A stretch of 64,000 nt of DNA from Nitrospira japonica (GTDB lineage: Bacteria > Nitrospirota > Thermodesulfovibrionia > UBA6902). The DNA lies in the NCBI GenBank assembly GCA_020723105.1, contig DYJL01000015.1, positions 2,029 through 66,028 of the forward strand. Direction: 5' to 3'. The translations under genes and the position numbers were made by a program. The notes beneath the pieces are model-generated. The model ran no database searches, was not told the origin of the DNA, and saw nothing but the letters and a program-made list of their open reading frames with translations. The stretch's first letter is position 1; every line of letters begins with the position of its first letter. Below, one piece after another: positions 29,106 to 38,486 of this stretch.

Positions 29106-31567
29106 CTAATCCCGCTTTTCATGAAACCGCTGATAGATTTTCCTTGTCAACCACTCCTTAACATCATTTTTGAAATCCGTGTTTTCCATGATCTTGTCAA
29201 AAATCTCTTGATTGGTATCCATGCGTTCTATCAGCTTGTTGATGAACACCTCTTCAAACGCATACTTGAAGTTATCAATCGGATTGTTCAATGCCCGTTT
29301 TTTCAAATCTTCGTCCTGGTATAGTTCTTCTTCAATCTGATCAAAGAAAAGTTTGTCTGCATCATTAAAATCAGTCCCATATTTGTCATTTAAAACTTTG
29401 ATGATATTGGAAAGTCGGTCTTTTTCTTCTTTAGGTCTGCTGATACCAGCCTCTGTTGTCGGGTCTAATCCATATTCGCCTTGTACTTGCAGCACCAAGT
29501 CTCCTTCAGCAATTTTTTGCAGGCGGTAATATTCCAAAGCCACTTCATTGTCAAGTTTAAGTCTTTCGGTATAGTCTGACTTGGGAAGTTTGCTCAGCAG
29601 GAAACGTCCGAATGAATACAGCTTTTCCAGGTCAACGTCCTGAAAAGGCATGATCTGAGAAAGGAATGAGTACAAGCGAACATAACTTGTCACTGATTTT
29701 TTGAATTCGTCTTGCGGTTCCTCTTTTAAGGCTTTAAAACGGTCAACTGCTGGGTCAATGAAAGCGTACATTTTACCCTGGTCTCTTATTGAAGTGCTGC
29801 CGGGTTTGTAAAAAACTTTGGCAAAGGCATCTACCTCTGACTGATAATAAACATTGGCTGCATCCATCTTTCCCTTCAAGTCATATAAATGATTTGGGTC
29901 TGTGATTTCGGTTACTGTCGTCAATTCATAGTACGGCTGGAAGGAATCAATTATTGTTTGTCTGTCATTGGCAAAGTCCAGCACAAAGGTATCTTCCTTG
30001 CCAGGATGGGTTCTGTTTAATCGAGAGAGTGTCTGCACGGCTCTTACGCCTGATAGTTTCTTGTCTACATACATTGTATGTAATAGGGGTTGATCAAAAC
30101 CATACTGGTACTTGTCTGCAACGAGTAATACCTGATATTCATCTGTCGCAAATTTGCCGGGCAGCTCCAGTTCGCCAAAGCTGTTTAAATGGGCCTCTGT
30201 TACACCTTCGGGGTAAAAATCATCCACCACCACTCCAGAAAAGGCAACCAGTGCATGGATGTCTTTTTCATATCCTTTTTCCTTGATATAATCTTTAAAC
30301 TCCAAATAATAGCGTAAAGCATGCTTTCGAGAAGCAGTGACTACCATTGCTTTGGCCTTACCTCCGATTTTCTTCATTGTTACTTGCCGGAAGTGTTCAA
30401 TAATTACTTCAGTTTTTTGAGCTAAGCTGACAGGATGCAGCGTGGCAAACCTTCCTATTGCTTTAACGGCTTTTCGCTTATTGAGTTCGGGGTCGTCTTC
30501 GATCGCTTTAGAAAACTGGTAGTATTCTTTGTATGAGGTATAATTTTTAAGTACATCCAGAATAAACCCTTCTTCAATTGCCTGCTTCATTGAATAGAGA
30601 TGGAAGGGTTTTGGGTTGCCTTTGGCATCTTTCATTCCGAATACTTCCAGAGTTTTAGTCTTGGGCGTAGCTGTAAAGGCAAAGATGCTGATATTTTTCT
30701 GAGGCCCTCGCTTCTTGATAACTTCACGGATATAATCATCTTCATCAACTTCAGCAGATTCAAATTCGCCCTCTATCTTTTCTGCTTCTTCCAACGGAAT
30801 ATTCTTGCCAGCCAATGCTTCTACCATTTTTCGGCTTGATTCACCGCCTTGACTGCTGTGCGCTTCGTCAATTATCACCGCATAATTTCGGTCGGGTTGC
30901 CTGCCCCGTTATTGAACCCCTTGTTGAACGGCAGAAACCTTGTATTTACTGAATCAAGCTTTGTTGTCAAATATACTTCATCAGGGTCAAGAGTGAAATG
31001 CACCAAAGCCCTTTTCTTAAACTGGAACAATAACTCTTTAGGGTCTCTACTGGTACGGTATTGCTCCATTGCTTCTTTCACGGTCTGTCCGGTGAAATGA
31101 TTTTTCAACTCAATGGTGGCAACGGGCAAGCCGTTTAACGCAAGCAAAAGGTCAATGCTCTTATTGTTCCTGGTTGAGAAAAAAACCTGCCGCGCCACAT
31201 ACAACTTATTTTGCTTGTATTGCTCAACCGTTTCGGGATTGAGGCCGCTATCAGGCTTGAAATAAGCAAGCTTGAATTTCACGCCGCTGTCGGTTATGCC
31301 ATGTCGGATCACGTCCAGCATACCTCTCAAATCGAGCTCTTTAAACAAACGCTGAATGAATTTGCTTTCGGTTTCGTCTTTGTAATAGGACTGAAGTTTT
31401 GCCCACTCTTTGGGCTGCGACGTTTGGATGAATGAAAGGACCGCTTTCTTGTCAAAGGCCAAATCGCGGCTGAAGTCCGAGGCGTTGCCGAGATGCCAGC
31501 CGTTGGAGGTCAAATGGCCCACGATAGCCGATTCAAATGCGGATTCCGTATGTATCCCGTTACTCAT
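29106..31567 (-). pseudogene. hsdR: type I restriction enzyme R subunit, disrupted by an internal out-of-frame deletion
   Basis: The 230-aa N-terminal nuclease-domain ORF (30875-31567) ends ...GAGNPTEIMR*. The 590-aa ORF (29106-30878) begins at the DEAH box (YAVIIDEAHSS in its upstream-open frame). Neither piece has a GxGK[ST] Walker A motif. Confidence 0.8.
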
Positions 31568-31813
31568 TGATCCCCGCAGTCTTTTATCTCTAAAAGTCCT
31601 CTAATACATTTTCTGTAACAGTTTGAAATTTCAAGCCAAATTTAGAGAACTCTTTTAAAAGACGTTTAAAACTCTTTTAAAACTTATTTAAACAAGTATT
31701 TCATGCACATAAGAAAGCCTTTTTAATCACCATGTTAAAAACAGCTACCTCCTTGTTAGTTACATAACCGTTACATAAGATTTTACGTACACTTGAATTT
31801 TAATTTGTCATGT

Positions 31814-32839
31814 TTAATCTTTTTTAGGCCTGCTTTTATTTTTCAATTTCTTTACTTCCTCATCAAAATCCGATTCAAACGCCTTGTCCTGAATTATCCT
31901 GAGCTTTTCATATTCTTTCTCGGCAAGTTTTACAGCCACTTCATGTGATACCTTACCCGCATCTTTCAAAATATCGTATTCGTTAAATTGCAGGAATGCA
32001 TCCAGCTTGTCAACCCAAGTTTTCATTTTCATGGGTATATGACGGGTCGCCTGATTTTCTGCATAGTCCAGATACATGGAAACGATCCTCTCTAATGCCT
32101 TAATCTCTTTTTCCATCAGGTAGTTTTTTGCAACACTGACATCTGATTTCAATATCTTCCCTTTCGGCGCGTTCTTCCATGTCTGCAAGCCCATATGCGG
32201 CTTTTCGGCATCAGCCCTGTCTGCAATAATTTCAGGCGCTGTCTTGCCTGTTATTGCCCAATGGAGTTTATTTTGGACTGTCTTGTAAAACACCTGGGTG
32301 ATTTCAGCTTTAGGATCATAGTTGATACTGCACTGTGCATAGATGTCTGTGATTTTTTGGTAGAAGCGTCTTTCAGAAGCCCGTATCTCACGTATGCGCT
32401 CAAGCAGCTCATCAAAGTAATCCTTGCCGAAATGTCTGCCTTGCTTTAACCGCTCGTCATCTAACACAAAGCCCTTGATGATAAATTCCCGCAAGGTTTT
32501 AGTGGCCCATATGCGGAACTGCGTTGCCTGGTAACTGTTCACCCTATAGCCCACGGCGATAATAGCGTCAAGATTATAGAAGTTGGTAAGGTAGTTCTTG
32601 CCGTCCTCAGCAGTTATTCGAATTTTTCGAATAACTGAATCTTCCTTTAATTCCTTTGTGTTAAATATTTCTTTAAGGTGGTAATTAATAGTGTTAACTT
32701 CAACTCCGAATAACTCTGCCATCTTTTTTTGACTCAGCCAGAAGGTTTCATTCTGAAAAAATACCTCTATATGCACCACGCCGTCAGGTGTTGTGTAGAA
32801 AATTATGTCGCCTTCTTTTGGTGTAAGCTCCTTGCTCAT
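31814..32839 (-). CDS. rhuM: RhuM-family protein
   Basis: FWLSQKKMAELFGV...NYHLKEIF...NLDAIIAVGYRVNS..ATQFRIWAT matches my recollection of the RhuM (Virulence_RhuM) family, which is often embedded in type I R-M loci. Confidence 0.8.
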   Translation of the reverse strand: MSKELTPKEGDIIFYTTPDGVVHIEVFFQNETFWLSQKKMAELFGVEVNTINYHLKEIFNTKELKEDSVIRKIRITAEDGKNYLTNFYNLDAIIAVGYRVNSYQATQFRIWATKTLREFIIKGFVLDDERLKQGRHFGKDYFDELLERIREIRASERRFYQKITDIYAQCSINYDPKAEITQVFYKTVQNKLHWAITGKTAPEIIADRADAEKPHMGLQTWKNAPKGKILKSDVSVAKNYLMEKEIKALERIVSMYLDYAENQATRHIPMKMKTWVDKLDAFLQFNEYDILKDAGKVSHEVAVKLAEKEYEKLRIIQDKAFESDFDEEVKKLKNKSRPKKD

Positions 32840-32903
32840 TATGTCCCCCCTTTTATTGTCTGAATCAGGATTCCCAGGATTTTAGAATTTTCAGGATTAT
32901 ATT

Positions 32904-34232
32904 TCATAGCACACATATCTTCCCCGTAACCACTTCGCTGATTAAGGCCGTGCGGTATTCCTGCAAGAGGTCAATTTCTTTTTCGATTTTGGAGATGGTG
33001 GCGTCTATGCGGGTGGTGTGGGTTTCGATGTGGTGGACGATCGCTTGTTGTTCATCTTTATCAGGGAACCATCCCACTAAATTCTTTATGTCATCTGAAT
33101 CTATTGCAGGATAACTAACCCCTTTTGATAAGGCCATTATCCTATCCACCATCTTTTCTGATCTTGATAAATAGAACAAAAATTTGGGCTCAAGTTTATC
33201 TGATGGTCTAATTACGGCAAAACCAGTGGAACAAATTAAATTGTTCTTTTCAAAATCAATAAAAGCAATTGCCTTTAGATAAGTTCTTACTGTCGAAATA
33301 ATTGTATCGCCTTCACGAATAATCCGCCGTGCTCTTGATGGAGCATCTGAATATAAATAAAATGCTGTTTGACTAATGTCTCCGTCTTCATTAACCGAAC
33401 TAATATCAATGTATTCAATTTCTAAGTCATCGTCTTCCTTTTCAGTTAAAGATGTTGAATTTATCTCCGCCACATACTTCAACTTCTTGACTTCCCAATG
33501 TGCCGGTATCTCCTCCAGCCATTCAATGCCGCTGGGTTTGAGTTTGACTTTGGGGTTGATACCTTTTGTTACCGCCTGATTGATAATCGCCGTTCGCTCT
33601 TCTTTTAGCAGCTCAATCAGCTTTTGCTTCTTCTGGATGAGAGAGTCTATTTGAGCAGTCTTTTCGTCGAGGTAGTTGGCAATGACGGTTTGCTCTTCAG
33701 GAAAGGGGATAATGAGCAGAATACTCTTGATAATTGATGAATTCAACCCCTCCATTATCGAACCCTTACTTAGCATTTTCATCTGATTAAAAACATAGTT
33801 GGATTCGTTTATTAAGTCAGCAAATAGTTGTGATTCAAATTGCGTATCATCAATTCGCATTCTTATTAAGTGAGAATCCATTATGCCTTTTTCGATGCAC
33901 TTTGGAACAACCTTGCATTTCCCTGTGGTTCCCATCATCGTCACCAAAACGTCTCCTGGCGTAATTTCGTAGTCACTCAGTTCTGAAAACTTATCATCAT
34001 TAATGTATCGCCATCCCAAATTAAAATCATTATTTATTACATTCTCCTGTCCGTAAACTTTATAACCTGACAATGACAGGAACTCAGATTTTAAAGAGCT
34101 ACCAAAAGGACCAATCCGTATTCCTTCTTTGCCAGGTTTTAGAAGATATTTTATCGGCTTAATGTTCCAATGCTTCGGAATCTCTCCAATCCACTCGACC
34201 CCTGAAGGCTTATATTTCTCGTAACGCTTCAT
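32904..34232 (-). CDS. hsdS: type I R-M specificity subunit
   Basis: Two target-recognition halves. Each is preceded by PSG(V/I)EW(I/L)(G/E)EIP.HW and followed by conserved coiled-coil spacers (EEQ..IA..LD..T..ID.LI / DEQQAIVHHIE..T.RID). Confidence 0.88.
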   Translation of the reverse strand: MKRYEKYKPSGVEWIGEIPKHWNIKPIKYLLKPGKEGIRIGPFGSSLKSEFLSLSGYKVYGQENVINNDFNLGWRYINDDKFSELSDYEITPGDVLVTMMGTTGKCKVVPKCIEKGIMDSHLIRMRIDDTQFESQLFADLINESNYVFNQMKMLSKGSIMEGLNSSIIKSILLIIPFPEEQTVIANYLDEKTAQIDSLIQKKQKLIELLKEERTAIINQAVTKGINPKVKLKPSGIEWLEEIPAHWEVKKLKYVAEINSTSLTEKEDDDLEIEYIDISSVNEDGDISQTAFYLYSDAPSRARRIIREGDTIISTVRTYLKAIAFIDFEKNNLICSTGFAVIRPSDKLEPKFLFYLSRSEKMVDRIMALSKGVSYPAIDSDDIKNLVGWFPDKDEQQAIVHHIETHTTRIDATISKIEKEIDLLQEYRTALISEVVTGKICVL

Positions 34233-34239
34233 TTTAGTT

Positions 34240-34584
34240 TTATTCCCCCTTAGTAAAGGGGGGCAGGGGGGTTGTTTCCCTCTCCTTCATCCATCCTTCA
34301 ATTGCCGTTAGAACAGCGCCTATATCTTTTTTGACATCCACGTCGTTAAATCTCAAAACCGCCAACCCTATTGACTCTAAAAATCTTTGCCGTTCCACAT
34401 CGTACTGAAATCTCCCGTCATGGCTCTCACCATCTATCTCTATTACAAGTTCCAACCTGCTGCAATAAAAATCAACAATATAATTCCCAATAGGCTTTTG
34501 CCTCATAAATTGGCAGCCATTGAGTTGTCTGCCTTTCAAGTATTGCCAAAGTAAAACTTCTGATAGCACACCTTGCTTTCTCAA
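34240..34584 (-). CDS. DUF559 (Vsr-like endonuclease fold) protein, start codon unclear
   Basis: SLARDLRKQGVLSEVLLWQYL...IGNYIVDFYC...LVIEIDGESH is the DUF559 pattern. Homology continues upstream of the TTG (IHYNPKLKSLARDL) with no ATG or GTG before the in-frame stop. Confidence 0.7.
   Translation of the reverse strand: MRKQGVLSEVLLWQYLKGRQLNGCQFMRQKPIGNYIVDFYCSRLELVIEIDGESHDGRFQYDVERQRFLESIGLAVLRFNDVDVKKDIGAVLTAIEGWMKERETTPLPPFTKGE
34243..34263. repeat. inverted-repeat arm flanking the DUF559 gene (right partner at 34643-34665)
   Basis: cccccttagtaaaggggg here is the exact reverse complement of ccccctttactaaggggg at 34645-34662. Confidence 0.75.
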
Positions 34585-34642
34585 ATCTCTTGCAAGTGAT
34601 TTGAGTTTTGGATTGTAATGGATTTTTATAACAACCCCCTTT

Positions 34643-34698
34643 ATCCCCCTTTACTAAGGGGGAATTTATAGCTTTATCCCCTTTTAGTAAAGAGGAAT
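34643..34698. repeat. inverted-repeat arm plus a local hairpin between hsdM and the DUF559 gene
   Basis: atccccctttactaagggggaat (34643-34665) and atccccttttagtaaagaggaat (34676-34698) can pair with each other. The first also pairs with 34243-34263. Confidence 0.7.
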
Positions 34699-34700
34699 TA

Positions 34701-36452
34701 TTAGGGAATGATTTCTTTTATCATCCCATCTGTTTCAGCCTCTAACGCCAGAATATCTTTTCTTATTGCTTCCAAACTGCGTAGCGGCTTATACTTGTAG
34801 AAATATTTGGTGAAATTTATCTCATATCCCACTTTGGTTTTGCCGTGATCAATCCATGCATCGGGCACATGCGGCAGCACTTCCCCTTTGAAGTATTTCT
34901 CCACATCTTCCTTAAGCGGGACATTTTCAAAATCACGCAGATCGGCATCCGGCGCGGGATTTCCTTTTCTGTCTTTTTCAATCTTGCCCCTCTCGTTCCG
35001 TTTAGGCCGCTCGACAGTTATCCGCCTGTATCCAAAATCATCATTGTCAAAGATTTTGCAGTACGGGCTTTCCATGAACTCGCCGTAGATTTGAGTAATG
35101 TGTTTTATGGCTTCTTCATGAATCTCTTTTCTCTTATTGCCGAGACTGCGGAGCATCTTGCTGTAAAAGGGATTGTCCTTGTCTTCCTTATCAGAGCCGG
35201 TTGCGTTAATGAGCTGCACCTTACCTTTACGTTCCTTGGTTTTGCGGTCGGTAACAATCCAGATATACGTGGAAATGCCTGTGTTGTAGAACAACTGGTC
35301 CGGCATGGCAATGATGGCTTCAAGCATATCGTTTTCAATAATCCATTTGCGTATTTCACTGGGGCCGCTGCCTGCTCCACCGCTGAACAAGGGTGAACCG
35401 TTAAATACTATTCCAATGCGACTGCCTCCGGCGCTGCGCTTCATCTTGGAAATCATGTGCTGTAGAAAAAGCAAAGAACCGTCGCTTATAGATGGGAGCC
35501 CTGCTCCGAAACGTCCGGCAAAGCCTCTGTTAGAGAATTCGTCTTTGATATACTTCTCCGCCTTCTTCCAGTCCACGCCAAAAGGCGGATTGCTCAACAT
35601 GTAGTCAAAAGTTTCGCCTTCCAGCCCGTCCTGAGTAAAGGTATTGCCGAACTTGATGTTGGAAGGGTTTTGCCCTTTGATGAGCATATCTGATTTACAG
35701 ATAGCGTATGATTCAGGATTGATCTCCTGCCCGAATACTTCCAGCTTTGCATCAGGATTTAATTCGTGCAAATATTCCTCTGCCACTGAAAGCATCCCGC
35801 CTGTTCCTCCGGCAGGGTCATACATAGTCTTAACAATGCCCTGCTTTCGGAGGATCGCCTTATCGTTTACAAACAACAGGTTTACCATAAGGCGAATCAC
35901 CTCACGGGGAGTGAAGTGTTCTCCGGCAGTCTCATTGGAGAGCTCCGCAAACTTTCGGATGAGCTCCTCGAATACGTACCCCATATGAATGGAATCCACA
36001 TCTTTGAATATGCCGTTACTTTCGGAAAAGCGCTTAACAATCATATAGAGCAGGTCGTACTCATCCAGCTTTCTTATCTGATCTTCAAAACTGAAGTATT
36101 CGATTATTTCCCGCACGCTGATCGAAAACCCGTTGATGTAATTGCGGAGGTTAGCGGCAATGTTGTGGTGGTCTTTGGCCAATTCGGCAAAGTCGAACTT
36201 GCTTCGATTGTGAAATTTGGCTTTGGCTGCATTGTTTAAAATCGGCTCAAGAACTTCGGGCTTCTTGCCTTTATGTTTTTCGTAAGCAGCCAGCACATTT
36301 TTCTTTGTAGGCTGTAATACGGAGTCCAGCCGCCGTAAAACCGTGAAGGGTAAAATCACCTTACCATAGTCGGCCTGCTTGTAATGACCTCTTAACAGGT
36401 CAGCGATAGACCAAATGAAGTTTGCTTTTTCTCTGAAGTTGTTTGTCGCCAT
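34701..36452 (-). CDS. hsdM: type I R-M DNA methyltransferase subunit
   Basis: N-terminal HsdM_N-like helix bundle (FIWSIADLLRG). SAM motif DPAGGTGGML and catalytic NPPFG. Confidence 0.9.
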   Translation of the reverse strand: MATNNFREKANFIWSIADLLRGHYKQADYGKVILPFTVLRRLDSVLQPTKKNVLAAYEKHKGKKPEVLEPILNNAAKAKFHNRSKFDFAELAKDHHNIAANLRNYINGFSISVREIIEYFSFEDQIRKLDEYDLLYMIVKRFSESNGIFKDVDSIHMGYVFEELIRKFAELSNETAGEHFTPREVIRLMVNLLFVNDKAILRKQGIVKTMYDPAGGTGGMLSVAEEYLHELNPDAKLEVFGQEINPESYAICKSDMLIKGQNPSNIKFGNTFTQDGLEGETFDYMLSNPPFGVDWKKAEKYIKDEFSNRGFAGRFGAGLPSISDGSLLFLQHMISKMKRSAGGSRIGIVFNGSPLFSGGAGSGPSEIRKWIIENDMLEAIIAMPDQLFYNTGISTYIWIVTDRKTKERKGKVQLINATGSDKEDKDNPFYSKMLRSLGNKRKEIHEEAIKHITQIYGEFMESPYCKIFDNDDFGYRRITVERPKRNERGKIEKDRKGNPAPDADLRDFENVPLKEDVEKYFKGEVLPHVPDAWIDHGKTKVGYEINFTKYFYKYKPLRSLEAIRKDILALEAETDGMIKEIIP

Positions 36453-36547
36453 AATTTTCTCTAAAAATAAGGTGGGTTATTAAAAAATATCATACGTAAA
36501 ACAACGATAAAGCGCAACAAAAAAAGTTTAAGTAGGGACTTCTTTTT

Positions 36548-36585
36548 GTCATTCTCTGGATTGCCCGATCAAGTCGGGCAATGAC
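36548..36585. repeat. short GTCATT...AATGAC element (copy R3)
   Basis: gtcattctctggattgcccgatcaagtcgggcaatgac, with the internal hairpin ttgcccga/tcgggcaa. Confidence 0.55.
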
Positions 36586-36659
36586 AATTCTAAGCAATTC
36601 ATTAAATAAGATTTATTGGTTCTTTACTCTTTTTAATCTGCAAAATCTGTGGATAAAAT

Positions 36660-37397
36660 TTATTTTGGACGTGTAATCAAATCCTCAACTCCCAGATCCG
36701 GCGCAACACTTAAAAGAAGATGCACAGAATCCGTAAGCAGGATTATACCGAAGGAGATAAGAAGCAGGCCGCTCAGAATCATGATTAACTTCATATACTT
36801 CTGGATGGCACTGAAATGACTGAGGAATGAATTTATAAGGAGCGATGTTGTTATAAAAGGAATCGCAAGTCCGACAGAATACACAAGCAAAAGTTTAAAC
36901 CCGTACATGGCAGAGCCTGAGGTGCCGGCAATAAGGAGTATTGAACCCAGTATGGGCCCGATACACGGCGTCCAGCCGGCGCCGAACGTAAGTCCTACAA
37001 TCAGTGAGCCTAAAACTCCTCTGGGTTTTGATTTAAGATGGATTCTCTTGTCCGATGAAAGAAAGTTTAATTTGAGGATCCCCATTACATAAAGCCCGAA
37101 GAAGATAATGATTATTCCGCCAACGATACGGATTTGATCATAATAGAAGGAGAAGAACGAACCTATGAAAGATGAAGATATACCAAGCAGTATAAATACA
37201 ATGGAAAAGCCCAGGACAAATGCAGAAGAATTTACGAGGGTAAGTTTTCTTATAAAGGCCTTGTCCCCGCTTTTGAAATCTTCAAAGGAAATCCCGGTAA
37301 TATATGAAACATAAGACGGGATAAGCGGCAGGACACAGGGCGAAAGGAATGAAAGCACCCCGCCGAAGAAAGCGCCTATGTATCCAACGTTTGTCAT
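36660..37397 (-). CDS. ccdA: cytochrome c biogenesis thiol:disulfide transporter CcdA (DsbD family)
   Basis: Six TM helices. FLSPCVLPLIP and GWTPCIGPILG Cys motifs. Confidence 0.88.
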   Translation of the reverse strand: MTNVGYIGAFFGGVLSFLSPCVLPLIPSYVSYITGISFEDFKSGDKAFIRKLTLVNSSAFVLGFSIVFILLGISSSFIGSFFSFYYDQIRIVGGIIIIFFGLYVMGILKLNFLSSDKRIHLKSKPRGVLGSLIVGLTFGAGWTPCIGPILGSILLIAGTSGSAMYGFKLLLVYSVGLAIPFITTSLLINSFLSHFSAIQKYMKLIMILSGLLLISFGIILLTDSVHLLLSVAPDLGVEDLITRPK

Positions 37398-37413
37398 GTC
37401 AGATACTCCCTTT

Positions 37414-37920
37414 TCATTTTTTATCTTTTGCCTTCAAATGACGGGCGCACTCTTTCTGGCTTCCCTGTATCTTCTCAACAGCATGAGGGATGCAGTCAAG
37501 AATTACGGAGAGATTTTCCTTTACAGCAGCAGGGCTCCCGGGCAAATTTATTATCAAGGTCTTTCCCCTTATTCCTGCAACAGCCCTTGAAAGCATTGCA
37601 AACGGAGTCTTCCTCAGTCCTTTATAGCGCATGGCTTCTGCAATCCCAGGTATCTCCTGTTCAATGACTTCAAGCGTTGCATCAGGCGTCACATCACGCG
37701 GAGATACGCCGGTGCCGCCGGTGGTTAGTATAAGGTCTGCTTTTTTGCACAGCGAAAGGAGCCTTTTTTTGATCAACGCCTTTTCATCAGGGATAATCTC
37801 ATAACTTGATACTTCAGCGCCGATCTTCTTTATCATTCTCTCAATAGTGGGCCCGCTCGTGTCCTCTCTCTCGCCCTTTGAGCCTTTATCGCTTAATGTC
37901 AGGATTGCAACTTTTATCAT
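37414..37920 (-). CDS. MogA/MoaB-family molybdopterin adenylyltransferase
   Basis: LTLSDKGS...EDTSGP...TTGGTGVSPRDVTPDA motifs. Confidence 0.85.
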   Translation of the reverse strand: MIKVAILTLSDKGSKGEREDTSGPTIERMIKKIGAEVSSYEIIPDEKALIKKRLLSLCKKADLILTTGGTGVSPRDVTPDATLEVIEQEIPGIAEAMRYKGLRKTPFAMLSRAVAGIRGKTLIINLPGSPAAVKENLSVILDCIPHAVEKIQGSQKECARHLKAKDKK

Positions 37921-37996
37921 TTGTATGGATTATGGATTAGAGGATAGGGATTAAGGAGTAGTAAGAATTAATTCCATCCTCCGTATCCCTTACCCC

Positions 37997-38437
37997 TTAA
38001 TCCTTAATTACTATCTCGTCTCCTGTTTTTATCGTGCCGCCTTTCAGCACTTTTACGAAAATGCCTTCCCTCGGCATTACACAATCGCCGGCCTGATGAT
38101 AAATAGCGCAGCGATTATGGCACAACTTGCCGATCTGGCTTACCTCCACTTCCGCATCCTTGCCAATAGTCATTTTCGTACCCACTGGAAGATCCACAAG
38201 GCTGATGCCCTGCGTCGTGATATTTTCCGCAAAATCGCCGGGACCTACTTTAAGCCCTTTTGCACGCATCTTGTCAATGCTTTCAAGCGCCAGCAGGCTT
38301 ACCTGCCTGTGCCAGGTCTCGGATGCATGGGCGTCGCTTTCGATACCATAATTATCCTTCAACACAGCAGTATCAATAGCCTTTTTTCTCATGCCTTTTT
38401 TGTCGCTTACGTTGATTGAAATTATTGTAGCACTCAT
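37997..38437 (-). CDS. MOSC domain protein
   Basis: SINVS..KG.RK ... RQVSLL ... GDFAENITT ... C..C.IY pattern. The internal ATG at 38437 avoids overlap with metG and has a purine-rich RBS. Confidence 0.75.
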   Translation of the reverse strand: MSATIISINVSDKKGMRKKAIDTAVLKDNYGIESDAHASETWHRQVSLLALESIDKMRAKGLKVGPGDFAENITTQGISLVDLPVGTKMTIGKDAEVEVSQIGKLCHNRCAIYHQAGDCVMPREGIFVKVLKGGTIKTGDEIVIKD

Positions 38438-38486
38438 AATAGACCCTCTTTCCTTAAAATAGTTTTTTATCGCCCTCTTTAAAAGG

